DNA of 64,000 nucleotides from Candidatus Poseidoniales archaeon (GCA_038144595.1 JAYQOB010000004.1:300611-364610); one strand, 5' to 3'. Counted from the first letter of the stretch, positions 24,741 to 33,719 are shown. A program made the numbers and translations. The notes: a model not told the origin generated them from the letters alone.

Positions 24741-25486
24741 CGTCCGTTGCTTGCAAGGGTGAACCTTGCCTCACCGGGAAGAAGCACCTGACCCGCTCCG
24801 AAGAACGCCTCGGCCCGAGCGGCAAACATGGAGCAGAGGAGGATTCCGAGGCCAAAGCCAAAGGGAATTCCGGTCAACACCCGCTTGAAGTTGGTTGATT
24901 CGTACGAGGTGAGGAGTTGAAGGAAGCCGTCTGCGATCAACGGAACACACAGCAGCATGCCACATGCCAACCACAACATCGTGCGCTGATTTTTTGCATA
25001 GACGCCGTGAAGCATGGATTCTGGCAGCAGGGAGAGACAGGTATCACGAACCGTCCACCGATTCCAACCACGGCGAGAAAACACCACGCCGCCAATGAAA
25101 AGGCCGGCAAAGATGCCAACATCACGGGTGCAGACAGGAAGTTGGTTGTTGTTGACTTCCCACGAGCGCTCTGATTTTTGATGGCAGTTCACATCGCCAA
25201 AACCGTAGATGATGGCGGCGTAGACGTTGACCTCCGACCATGCAAAGGCGGGGCAGCATTGGCCGTCAGCGGCCCCCTCGCCGGCGGCTTGGTTGCCATG
25301 TGATCCGAGGCCGTCCTCGCTGTAGTAATCGATGGCATTGGCCCGCCCCTGAAGCGGTCCGACCGAACCCTCCTCAACGGTCATGGGGGCGAGGAAAAAC
25401 GAGACCAGCAAGAACCCACACACGCCGAGGACCCACCGCCCAATCTTGGCTTCACGCATCCGGTCGGGCAAACCGTTGCGCTCCAT
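24725..25486 (-). CDS. DUF2085-like integral membrane protein
   Basis: Multiple TM helices and CHQKSERSWEVNNNQLPVCTRDVGIFAGLFIG, which matches the CHQ..RS....lP.CaRc.GiY pattern of DUF2085. Confidence 0.5.
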   Translation of the reverse strand: MERNGLPDRMREAKIGRWVLGVCGFLLVSFFLAPMTVEEGSVGPLQGRANAIDYYSEDGLGSHGNQAAGEGAADGQCCPAFAWSEVNVYAAIIYGFGDVNCHQKSERSWEVNNNQLPVCTRDVGIFAGLFIGGVVFSRRGWNRWTVRDTCLSLLPESMLHGVYAKNQRTMLWLACGMLLCVPLIADGFLQLLTSYESTNFKRVLTGIPFGFGLGILLCSMFAARAEAFFGAGQVLLPGEARFTLASNGRQESE

Positions 25487-25566
25487 GCGACTCCAAGCCC
25501 GGCAGAATCACTTCATTGTTTCTTCATCGACCAAGCCTTCAATGGCCACACGCCTCATCCGCCATC

Positions 25567-26199
25567 ATGGCCGAGACCGAGCGCCCCCGCATCGGCCTGG
25601 TCACCGGCGTCCAAGCAGGTGGATTCATCGGCCTCTTCCTTGGTTTCTCGCTTGCCGTTGTTTCGGCGTTAACCGACCCCGATGCTTTGGTGAGACTCGT
25701 TCAACTGATGTGCATCACACCGGTGGCTTGTGCACTTCTTTTGGGGCCGTTCTTGGGCTTCCGAAGGGCACCCAACGTCTCCAACGTGGACCCCATCGAT
25801 GAAATCCGAACTCGGCTCCAACCCTTCAATGAGGGTCAAGGGAAGTGGCGCGTGCTCAGCCATGTACGAAGCGACGGGCGTACGGTTCGGATTGATCTTC
25901 ACAACTCAACTCAACCCTTGACCATCGTGGCTGCAACCCTTGAATTGGCGAAGGAACATCCCATTCGCTACATCGTCGGCCGGGGTGAAGCACGAAGCAG
26001 GGACCCCGAATTGCGTGGCACGGTGCTGGCCTACATCGAAGAACACGTCATGCTCAACCGCCGTCGCCGAACCTCCTCGTCCGTTGAAGTGCTTCCACCG
26101 TCCGTCATCGAGCACATGGAAGCCACGCATCGCATGCATCGTCGCTTGTTCTACCTCCTTCCCATCATCCTGTTCTTTGCCTGGCTCGAAATGCGCTGA
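25567..26199 (+). CDS. hypothetical membrane protein with possible Smr-like domain
   Basis: ATG 25567. Two N-terminal TMs, then VRIDLHNSTQPLTIVAATLELAKEHPIRYIVGRGEARS...LRGTVLAYIEEH, resembling Smr (DLHG...A....l......v.iIhGkG.hS...L...v..wL). The call is weak. Confidence 0.4.
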   Translation: MAETERPRIGLVTGVQAGGFIGLFLGFSLAVVSALTDPDALVRLVQLMCITPVACALLLGPFLGFRRAPNVSNVDPIDEIRTRLQPFNEGQGKWRVLSHVRSDGRTVRIDLHNSTQPLTIVAATLELAKEHPIRYIVGRGEARSRDPELRGTVLAYIEEHVMLNRRRRTSSSVEVLPPSVIEHMEATHRMHRRLFYLLPIILFFAWLEMR

Positions 26200-26242
26200 G
26201 GACAACGCAACAGGCTATGAGGGAGCGGCGCTTCCCACGAGC

Positions 26243-27238
26243 ATGGCGAACGACATCGGGAAAGCCATGGCTCGGTTGAAGCACCGAGACATTCGCACCC
26301 GACGCCGAGCGGTTCGAACCTTGTTTGAACACGACGACCCTTCCGTGCTGCAGGCGTTCAAGCCACTGCTTGATGACGACGACACCTGGTTCGTCTCAAA
26401 GGCATTGGATGCCTACCGAACATGGGGATTGCTGTTCGGCACCGAAGCCATTGAAACCTTGCTTAACCATCGCAATTTGGACGTTCGCAGGGCAGGTGCC
26501 AACCTGCTCGCACCGCTTGGCCAACAAGGCGTTTCGTTGGCACTGGTTGCCTTGGACGATGAAGACAACGTCGTGCAGCGCAAAGCGGCCAGAGCCGTTG
26601 CTTCTCGTAGAAGGACAGCGATGTTGCAGAACGCCTCGCACAACACAACAGCGATTCAATTCGGGCCACCGGCATGGGCCACCCAGCGCTGCCCGAAGAC
26701 CACCTTGCGAGGCGGGTTGAGCGACCCTCACGAGGGCGTGCGAGTGGCGGCTTTGAAGACCGCCCTCAAGCGAAGAGTGGACATGAAAATGGACGATTTG
26801 GTTCCGTTCTTGGAAGCCGGGCACCACACCGTGGAAATCTTGGTATGGGCAGCCGAACACGAAGCATCGCAGCTCAAACAACTCACTCAGCACATCAAAC
26901 CAAAGGACATGAAGGCCCTGAGCGCCCACCTTCGTGCGACCGTTTCAGACCGTTCCGAACCGTTGATTCAACATCTCCTCGATGGTGGCTTGCTTGAACC
27001 CGTGGCACGTTGGGTGATCCGACAAGATGCAACAGAGGACGACCTTCGTTGGGAACTGATCAACGATGAACGCCTCCATGTCATTGAGCGGTGCAAACTC
27101 CTCGAACGGCTCATCGGTCGAGCCAATGAACCGGAGTGTATCGAGCGAGTCAACGAACTCGCCGAGACCACCGAAGGTGAACTCCTCAAGGTGGCGTGCG
27201 AGAACCTATCAACCGCCGCAATTGAACTTGGAGCATGA
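26243..27238 (+). CDS. HEAT/PBS-lyase-type repeat protein
   Basis: Repeated D.R.RRAV..L / D..VRRAGANLL / D.DNVVQRKAARAV / DPHEGVRVAAL units. ATG 26243 is preferred over the long track ORF that overlaps the upstream gene. Confidence 0.55.
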   Translation: MANDIGKAMARLKHRDIRTRRRAVRTLFEHDDPSVLQAFKPLLDDDDTWFVSKALDAYRTWGLLFGTEAIETLLNHRNLDVRRAGANLLAPLGQQGVSLALVALDDEDNVVQRKAARAVASRRRTAMLQNASHNTTAIQFGPPAWATQRCPKTTLRGGLSDPHEGVRVAALKTALKRRVDMKMDDLVPFLEAGHHTVEILVWAAEHEASQLKQLTQHIKPKDMKALSAHLRATVSDRSEPLIQHLLDGGLLEPVARWVIRQDATEDDLRWELINDERLHVIERCKLLERLIGRANEPECIERVNELAETTEGELLKVACENLSTAAIELGA

Positions 27239-27957
27239 GCCTGCCATCCTCCGGTATCCGCTTTCACGCCGATGCAACCAACGGACGTCAACACCACCTC
27301 GGTGCAGGATTGACCATCGAGGGACCCTTCACCTCACTGCAACTGGTCCTGAGATTCCCTCGCTGGGTGCCGGGGTCCTACTTCCTTCGAGAACCGATTC
27401 AGCACATGTTTGATTTTTCCGCCACCGATGATGCCGGCACAGAATTGACGTGGAAGCGCGTTGGGGTGGACGGCATCTCGGTTCGCCTTCGGAAAAGTTC
27501 CAAGACGGTCCGCCTCGACTACACGCTGCTTGCCAAGGAACTGAGCGTTCGGTCCAATCACCTCGACACGACCCATTTGCACCTGATGCCACCCTTCACC
27601 TGGTTTTGGCCCGAACGTGGCATTGACACCAAGCGTTTGGAATTGAAGCACGGCGTGGACATCACGGCACCATCAGCGTGGACCCCGGCGACGCAACTCC
27701 ATCTCGATTCAAGCGAAGACCTGAACGATGCCAGCAAGCAATGGCACTTCTCCACCGAGGGCAGGGATTTGGTGCTCGACAGCATCATCGAAGTCAACCC
27801 GAACCCCACCATCACGCACAACATTTCCGGACGCCCTCATCATCTGAAATGGTGGGACAGCGGTGGGCATCAGCCCGACAGCACCCGCCTCCAAGCCTTC
27901 ATCGACGACATGGAGCGCATTGCCGAAGGAGCACTACGCCCTCTTCGGCGTGCCTGA
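27235..27957 (+). CDS. M61 (glycyl aminopeptidase) family peptidase, N-terminal fragment
   Basis: FPRWVPGSYFLREPIQHMFDF...WKRVGVDGISV matches the M61 N-domain pattern. ATGA overlap with the HEAT gene. Terminates after ...DDMERIAEGALRPLRRA*. Confidence 0.7.
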   Translation: MSLPSSGIRFHADATNGRQHHLGAGLTIEGPFTSLQLVLRFPRWVPGSYFLREPIQHMFDFSATDDAGTELTWKRVGVDGISVRLRKSSKTVRLDYTLLAKELSVRSNHLDTTHLHLMPPFTWFWPERGIDTKRLELKHGVDITAPSAWTPATQLHLDSSEDLNDASKQWHFSTEGRDLVLDSIIEVNPNPTITHNISGRPHHLKWWDSGGHQPDSTRLQAFIDDMERIAEGALRPLRRA

Positions 27958-29047
27958 TTGGCCCGATTACACCACGGTGCTCCACCTGACCGACACCGGC
28001 AGAGGCGGACTTGAGCACATGAATTCTCAGACCTCGATGATGCCACGTTCCTGCTTGTTCCCGGACCACGCCGACGAGTACAGGGACCTCGTGAGTTTGT
28101 TTTCGCATGAATACCTCCATCAGTGGAACGTCAAACGGCTTCGCCCCAAATCCTTCCTGGACTATGATTTGCAGTCGGAGACGCACACCGATCTCCTGTG
28201 GTGGTTTGAGGGCGCCACGTCCTGGCTGGGCGACATGATGTGCGTTCGCTCGGGTGCATGGAGTGAAGAGGACTGGCGATTGGATTTTGAGCGAAAGATG
28301 AAGCGGCATACCGCCAACAACGGCATGCTTCGAGAATCCCTCGCCGAATCGAGCCATGATGCATGGATTCACCTCTATAGAAGCGGACCCTACACGAGAG
28401 AAAACCAAATTTCCTACTACCTTGAAGGGGAACTGGCCCTGCTCTGCTTGGACGTCGAGTTGCGGCGGCGAAACAACCACGCCTTCGGTGCCTGCGACCT
28501 CATGGCGGAACTGGTTCGTCGCTACGCCATTGATTCGCCTGAATCCGAAGAACTGGGCGTCGAGTACAACGACATTCGAACGACACTCAAGTCGTGTCCC
28601 GGCGGTGAGAACATGGGCCCGTACCTCGACCGTTTGGTCAAGCATCGAAACCACCCCAACCTCCTGCGCGCCCTGTCGGCGTTCAGATTGAAACTGGTGC
28701 CCCATGCCTCCGATAAGGAAGGAAAGGGATGGCTGGGCGTCGGACTCAAAGAGGCCGGCGGCCGGGTTATGATCACCACCTACCACGCCGGCTCACCCCT
28801 CCGAGAACTGACCCAGGTCGGGGACGAACTGCTCGCGATTGACGGCGTGCGCATCAAGTCCGTCGCTCACCTCAAGAAACTGATCGCCGGACGAACCGCC
28901 GATCAACTCACCATCGACGTGGTCCATGAAGGCATTTTGAGCACGGTGAACCTGACCCTGCCAGCCTCACCGCAGCACGGTGTATCCCTCAAGGGAAAGG
29001 GGAACGAGCGCTGGCGGGACTGGATCAAGACGCGTCAGGACCCGTAA
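27863..29047 (+). CDS. M61 family peptidase, catalytic + PDZ fragment (frame-shifted continuation)
   Basis: GGLEHMNS, HExxH in FSHEYLHQWNVKRLRP, EGATSW, and a C-terminal PDZ-like GVGLKEAGGRVMITTYHAGSPL...GDELLAIDGV. Homology starts at about KEHYALFGVP (~27926). Confidence 0.75.
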   Translation: MGISPTAPASKPSSTTWSALPKEHYALFGVPDWPDYTTVLHLTDTGRGGLEHMNSQTSMMPRSCLFPDHADEYRDLVSLFSHEYLHQWNVKRLRPKSFLDYDLQSETHTDLLWWFEGATSWLGDMMCVRSGAWSEEDWRLDFERKMKRHTANNGMLRESLAESSHDAWIHLYRSGPYTRENQISYYLEGELALLCLDVELRRRNNHAFGACDLMAELVRRYAIDSPESEELGVEYNDIRTTLKSCPGGENMGPYLDRLVKHRNHPNLLRALSAFRLKLVPHASDKEGKGWLGVGLKEAGGRVMITTYHAGSPLRELTQVGDELLAIDGVRIKSVAHLKKLIAGRTADQLTIDVVHEGILSTVNLTLPASPQHGVSLKGKGNERWRDWIKTRQDP

Positions 29048-29507
29048 GCGGAGGAAGAACCGCCAAGGTTTCGAGCGGCACAAAAATCGGCGGCGTCTCA
29101 TCAGGGAGCGTATGCCGGCTCGTCTTTGGAGGAAACACCTCATCGGAGAGCGACATAGCAATCACTTCTGCCTTCGTGAGTGAATCCCGCCCACAGGCCG
29201 GCCAGACGCCGAGTTGAATTGAATCGTCTTCAAGGTAGTCCACGCACACGGCAGGCACCCGCTTCAACCCCAACAGCACGGCGATGGAATGCCGATGGTG
29301 ACCGTCCAAAATAGCCCCAGTGCGCTTGTCGACGATGAGCGGTTTGGTGTAGCCACCCCACTTTTTCGTCATCTCGAGCAATTTATCTCGGTTCTTTGGC
29401 TTGATTTCCTCGTGTTCTTTGAGCCACGCAACGGGGACCAGTTGAACATCGTCTTCTGCCCACGACATGCCGGTGTCTCGCTGCCGATTCACATAATGCT
29501 TTTTCAT
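29025..29507 (-). CDS. ParB/sulfiredoxin-fold (ParB-like nuclease domain) protein
   Basis: LIVDKRTGAILDGHHRHSIAVLLGLKRVPAV is the ParB N-domain core. Possible ATG starts at 29507 or 29468; the latter has an ATAAT-type element about 27 nt upstream. Confidence 0.55.
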   Translation of the reverse strand: MKKHYVNRQRDTGMSWAEDDVQLVPVAWLKEHEEIKPKNRDKLLEMTKKWGGYTKPLIVDKRTGAILDGHHRHSIAVLLGLKRVPAVCVDYLEDDSIQLGVWPACGRDSLTKAEVIAMSLSDEVFPPKTSRHTLPDETPPIFVPLETLAVLPPLTGPDAS

Positions 29508-29540
29508 GCCACGCACGCCACAAGCACCAAGGGTGAGCAC

Positions 29541-30314
29541 ATGGGAACGACCGACGCTCTTCTGGAAGGCCTCAAGGCCGACATGGAAGGGGCACCTTGT
29601 CCACCACCCATCGCCCGATGGTTGGCGAGCCTGCCTGATGATTTACTGAGCCTGCTGCAAACCCTTGCGGAAGCGGGCGAAGGTGCATGGCTGGTCGGCG
29701 GTTGCGTTCGTGATGCATGGCTCGGCGAGACGGCTCCGGACATTGATGTCTGCACCACCTGCACGCCTGACCGTATGATGGAACTCTTCGGTGAGCAAGC
29801 CATCCCCACGGGCATTGATTTTGGCACCATCACGGTGAAGGGACAAGGTCAGCATTACGAAGTGACCACCCTCCGCACCGAATCGCTCTACCGGGACGGA
29901 CGGCGCCCTGATGTCGTCTCCTGGGGTCGTTCGTTGAAGGAGGATTTGAGTCGCAGGGACTTCACCTTCAACAGCATGGCCGTCGATGTCGCCCGACGCC
30001 GACTGTACGACCCGTACAACGGAGTGGCTGACCTCCAACAGCGCCTGGTCCGAGCGGTCGGCGATGCCAGTCAACGCTGCGAGGAAGATGCACTCCGAAT
30101 CCTCCGAGCCTACCGGTTTAGGCGGCGGGACAGCGGCCCTCTGTGGGCCATGGACGCTGAACTTGAGCAGGCCATCGCTCGCCACGCCACCCGCCTGGGC
30201 ATGGTGGCGATCGAAGCGACGGTGGATGGAAGTCAAGAAGATCCTTGCCGGACCAAAACCAGGAGCTGTTCTCGAGGCCATGCAGGACGGGGGCGTCCTG
30301 CGTCATGTCTTTGA
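29541..30314 (+). CDS. cca: class II tRNA nucleotidyltransferase (CCA-adding/poly(A) polymerase family), N-terminal fragment
   Basis: WLVGGCVRD, DIDV, GIDFGTITV, EVTTLRTESLYRDGRRP, RRDFTFNSMA and EDALRILRAYRF are head/neck motifs A-E of the bacterial/eukaryotic class II enzymes. Confidence 0.8.
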   Translation: MGTTDALLEGLKADMEGAPCPPPIARWLASLPDDLLSLLQTLAEAGEGAWLVGGCVRDAWLGETAPDIDVCTTCTPDRMMELFGEQAIPTGIDFGTITVKGQGQHYEVTTLRTESLYRDGRRPDVVSWGRSLKEDLSRRDFTFNSMAVDVARRRLYDPYNGVADLQQRLVRAVGDASQRCEEDALRILRAYRFRRRDSGPLWAMDAELEQAIARHATRLGMVAIEATVDGSQEDPCRTKTRSCSRGHAGRGRPASCL

Positions 30315-30906
30315 GCAGCTCATCGTGATGAACACCGCTCTGCTCAACGTGTTGGACGATGACCGACTTCAACGGCTTCATCTTCACCAGCGCCTCGCCC
30401 TGATGATGATTGAACACCCGACAAAAGAAGCGGTGCAGCAGCTCAAACGCTTGCGGGCCTCCAATGAACTCCAACGTTCCACGGCCGCCTTCCATGAAGT
30501 CCTGGGCCACCTGCCCACGAGCGATACGGCAGCCCTCCGTGTATTCAGCCATGCCCTCACGACCCAGGCAGAGCCACACCTGCTAACCTTGGAGTGTTTG
30601 GCAGAACACGGGATTCGAGTGCACACTGGGCTGCGGTCAGAAACCGCCACCGTTGCTGAGGTCAAAAAGCGCTGGCGTGCCGTGGGACCCAGAAGCAAAC
30701 CTGTCCCCTGTTTGGTGGACGGGCACTGGCTCATGGAGCGGACAAACCTTGGCCAAGGGATGCGCCTGGGACGATTGAAGCAGTGGCTGCATCGGCGCCA
30801 AATCGAGGAGGAGGTGACCACCATCGAAGGCATGGAAGCCCTTCTGGTCCGGATGCCCTACGAGCACGGTGCTGCCGAGGACTGGCCAACCCCCTCGTTT
30901 CCTTGA
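29986..30906 (+). CDS. cca: class II tRNA nucleotidyltransferase, body/tail fragment (frame-shifted continuation)
   Basis: From about 30216 the frame reads RRWMEVKKILAGPKPGAVLEAMQDGGVLRHVF, matching ...ER...E..KiL.......l..m...gvL..ifPe of class II enzymes. The first ~75 codons of the track ORF are shadow frame. Confidence 0.65.
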   Translation: MSPDADCTTRTTEWLTSNSAWSERSAMPVNAARKMHSESSEPTGLGGGTAALCGPWTLNLSRPSLATPPAWAWWRSKRRWMEVKKILAGPKPGAVLEAMQDGGVLRHVFEQLIVMNTALLNVLDDDRLQRLHLHQRLALMMIEHPTKEAVQQLKRLRASNELQRSTAAFHEVLGHLPTSDTAALRVFSHALTTQAEPHLLTLECLAEHGIRVHTGLRSETATVAEVKKRWRAVGPRSKPVPCLVDGHWLMERTNLGQGMRLGRLKQWLHRRQIEEEVTTIEGMEALLVRMPYEHGAAEDWPTPSFP

Positions 30907-30949
30907 TGGTCGGCATCAATTTCATGTGCGCTGAGGTTATCGGCGGTCC

Positions 30950-32005
30950 ATGGCGACCGTGGAATTCCGGGACAAAGAGAACTTCATGCAGCGAGCAGCC
31001 GCCATTAACCGACGGGTCGAAGGCATCACTCGCAACAACACCATGGCAGGTCTGCTCAACAACAATTTCAAGAAATGGCTGGCCGATTCTGCCATGTCGC
31101 CGGTGAAACTCACCGAGGAACTCGACACCAACAAAGACGGCTTCATCTCGGGCGACGAATTCGCCACGCTTCTCGGAAAAATGACCGGGGAGCGTCCACC
31201 GGAATGGGTGGTTGAACTGGTCTTTTCTTTCGTCAACGCCAACATCAACGACGGCATCCCTGTTCGGGACTGGATGGCGTTTTTGGCCGCCAGCGGCATG
31301 GAGTTCCCTGACGAATTATTCGAAGAAAAGGTGGAGGTCACCGGTGCCATCGGCATCCTTGATGACGCCTACGAAACAGGTCAACAGATCTCCGTTTCAG
31401 TTTCGTTTAACGTTGAAGTCGTGGCCTACGAATTCTCTGTCTTTGACAACGCCACGAGGCAGGAAATCCACGCCTCGCTCACACCTAACGTCGACATGGA
31501 CCGACCCGATTTCGATGAATTCGTCATCGAGCTTGATGAAGCAGGCAACTACACCGCTGAACTTCTGCATCTTGGCGTTCGCCTCGACACGCACGCGTTC
31601 ACCGTCTTGCCAGCGCCGGTGGAACCGGTGGTGGAGCAGGTTGAGGAAACACCGGCACCAGCTGAAGCGCATGAAGCCCCCTCGGAACCCGTCGTGGACG
31701 GCTTCGAATCCTTCGTGGCTCATCTTGAATCCATGAAGCTGCGCAGCGATGCTCAAGCGGTCATCGGGGAATCGGTGACCTTCGGCGTGTCAGCCACTGT
31801 ACAATCCATTTCCCGCACGCTGCTGGGGGTTGACCTGTACCGAAACGGAACCACGGCCCACTGCACGACGGCCGAGGGCACCACCTTCCGCATGATGCTC
31901 AAGCCAACAGAAAACCCACCAGCGGTCGGCCAAAGTCACGAAATGGTGGTCAAGCCCCACGACTGGGACGTCGCGCTCAGGCAGTTGGTCTGTCTCGAGG
32001 TGTGA
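30950..32005 (+). CDS. hypothetical protein with one canonical EF-hand calcium-binding loop
   Basis: DTNKDGFISGDE (31124-31159) fits the 12-residue EF-hand loop D-x-[DNS]-x-[DNS]-G-x-[ILV]-x-x-x-E exactly. The rest is unrecognised. Confidence 0.6.
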   Translation: MATVEFRDKENFMQRAAAINRRVEGITRNNTMAGLLNNNFKKWLADSAMSPVKLTEELDTNKDGFISGDEFATLLGKMTGERPPEWVVELVFSFVNANINDGIPVRDWMAFLAASGMEFPDELFEEKVEVTGAIGILDDAYETGQQISVSVSFNVEVVAYEFSVFDNATRQEIHASLTPNVDMDRPDFDEFVIELDEAGNYTAELLHLGVRLDTHAFTVLPAPVEPVVEQVEETPAPAEAHEAPSEPVVDGFESFVAHLESMKLRSDAQAVIGESVTFGVSATVQSISRTLLGVDLYRNGTTAHCTTAEGTTFRMMLKPTENPPAVGQSHEMVVKPHDWDVALRQLVCLEV

Positions 32006-33175
32006 TCACTTCAGCGCACGAGCGATCACGATGCGCTGCACCTCTTGGGTGCCCTCGTAAATCTGCGTGATCTTGGCATCACGGAAGAAGCGCTCAACGG
32101 GGAATTCCTTGGTGTAGCCGTAGCCGCCAAGCACCTGAATGGCTCGTTCCGACACCCACATGGCGGTGTCGCCAGCGAACAACTTGGCCATGCTGGCCTC
32201 CTTGGAATGCCGTGGACCATCGGCATGGTAGTGCTGTTCCTTGGTCCAAGCTGCTTTGTACACCAGCAGACGAGCAGCCTCGATTTGCGTCGCCATGTCG
32301 GCGAGGTAGGCCATGATCATCTGGTGGTAAGCGATCGGCTTTCCGAAGGCCTCGCGCTCGTGGGCGTATTGGAGCGCCGACTCGTACGCGCCCTGGGCGA
32401 TGCCCAACGCTTGGGCGGCGATGCCGATGCGGCTGTTGTCGAGGGCGTTCATGGCGATGGGGAACCCGTTGCCGACGCCTTTGATGGCGTTTTCAATCGG
32501 CACTTTGCAGTTGTTGAGCACGAGCGTGCACGTGTCTGACGAGCGAATACCCAACTTGTCCTCCTTCTTTCCAACAGAGAACCCTTCGTAAGCAGCATCG
32601 ACGATGAACGCCGTAGTGCCGCCGTGCTTCTTTGTCCCATAGTCGGGGTGGTCAACATCCTTAGCGAACAGAACGATGATTTGCGCTTGTGCGCCGTTGG
32701 TAACCCACATCTTTTCGCCATTGAGGATGTAATGCGTACCGTCGTCAGAGAGTTTGGCTTTGCAGGACATGGCTGCAGCGTCGGTTCCGGCACCAGCCTC
32801 CGAAAGTGAGTAGGCCCCTACTTCGCCCGCTGCGAGGCGAGGGAGGAAGGTTGACTTCTGATGCTCATCACCGTGAAGTGCGATGGTCATGGAACACAGT
32901 CCAACGTGGACACAGTACATGACGGCAAAGGACGGGTCGACCCGCGCCAACTCTTCGATGATGATCGCCTCGGACACATCATCGATGGGCGAGCCGCCGT
33001 AGGCTTCGGGAATGGTGATGCCGTGGAGACCGTATTCGAGGAAGGCCTGCCATTCTTCGGAAGGCGGAATTTGGTTCTGGTCGCGATGCTCCACCGTGGG
33101 CGCAAGCACCGTTTCAGCGAAGTCTCTCACCAATTCTCGAATCATCTGTTGTTCGTCGGTTTCACCAAAGTTCAT
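32006..33175 (-). CDS. acyl-CoA dehydrogenase (short/medium-chain type)
   Basis: 389 aa with GAYSLSEAGAGTDAA, ITNG-type WVTNG and a C-terminal YEGTQEVQRIVIARAL carrying the catalytic Glu region. Confidence 0.9.
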   Translation of the reverse strand: MNFGETDEQQMIRELVRDFAETVLAPTVEHRDQNQIPPSEEWQAFLEYGLHGITIPEAYGGSPIDDVSEAIIIEELARVDPSFAVMYCVHVGLCSMTIALHGDEHQKSTFLPRLAAGEVGAYSLSEAGAGTDAAAMSCKAKLSDDGTHYILNGEKMWVTNGAQAQIIVLFAKDVDHPDYGTKKHGGTTAFIVDAAYEGFSVGKKEDKLGIRSSDTCTLVLNNCKVPIENAIKGVGNGFPIAMNALDNSRIGIAAQALGIAQGAYESALQYAHEREAFGKPIAYHQMIMAYLADMATQIEAARLLVYKAAWTKEQHYHADGPRHSKEASMAKLFAGDTAMWVSERAIQVLGGYGYTKEFPVERFFRDAKITQIYEGTQEVQRIVIARALK

Positions 33176-33293
33176 GCGCTCACCAAATCTCCCAACATGA
33201 GGAGTCTCTTAACCCGTTTGATTCGGAAAAATTACATTTTTTCCCTCAGTCTTCATATACCACCCGTGGAAGCCGCGAGGTGAGGCAGCGACG

Positions 33294-33719
33294 ATGGATG
33301 ACGACATCATTGAATTTGTGATTGCTCAAGACCGAAAATACTCAATGGACCACCTTTGGTTTCAGCAGAAAGACCAGAAGCTCATGATCGGCGTGAGTGA
33401 ATTTCTTCGCGTTGAAATCGGCGACGTGCTGCGCGTGATTCTGCCCCAAGCAGAAACCGAAATTGATGAAGGCGGCAGCCTGTTCTCGCTTTGGACCGCC
33501 GACGAGAAGATCTCGTTGACGGCCCCGGTCTCTGGCGTGATTTCCGACGTGAACGGCGAAGTGGAGATCAACCCTGACCTGGTCAACGATTCCGCCTACA
33601 ACGACGGCTGGATCATCCTTCTCGAGCCTCACGAGTTGCAACTCAACCCCGACGACAAGCAGCTCCTCGAGAACCTCATGGAACACGACGAATACGTCGA
33701 ATACCTCGCCGAACTTTGA
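33294..33719 (+). CDS. glycine-cleavage H-protein-like (GcvH family) protein
   Basis: YSMDHLWF...IGVSEF...GDV...L...APVSGVISDVNGEVEINPDLVNDSAYNDGWIILLEP is the GcvH fold signature. The lipoyl-Lys position looks non-canonical (see findings). Confidence 0.65.
   Translation: MDDDIIEFVIAQDRKYSMDHLWFQQKDQKLMIGVSEFLRVEIGDVLRVILPQAETEIDEGGSLFSLWTADEKISLTAPVSGVISDVNGEVEINPDLVNDSAYNDGWIILLEPHELQLNPDDKQLLENLMEHDEYVEYLAEL

Noticed and set aside
26311-26320. GGTTCGAACC, a T-arm-like tRNA signature.
   Set aside because: It lies inside the HEAT-repeat CDS in frame. No acceptor or anticodon stems can be drawn around it.
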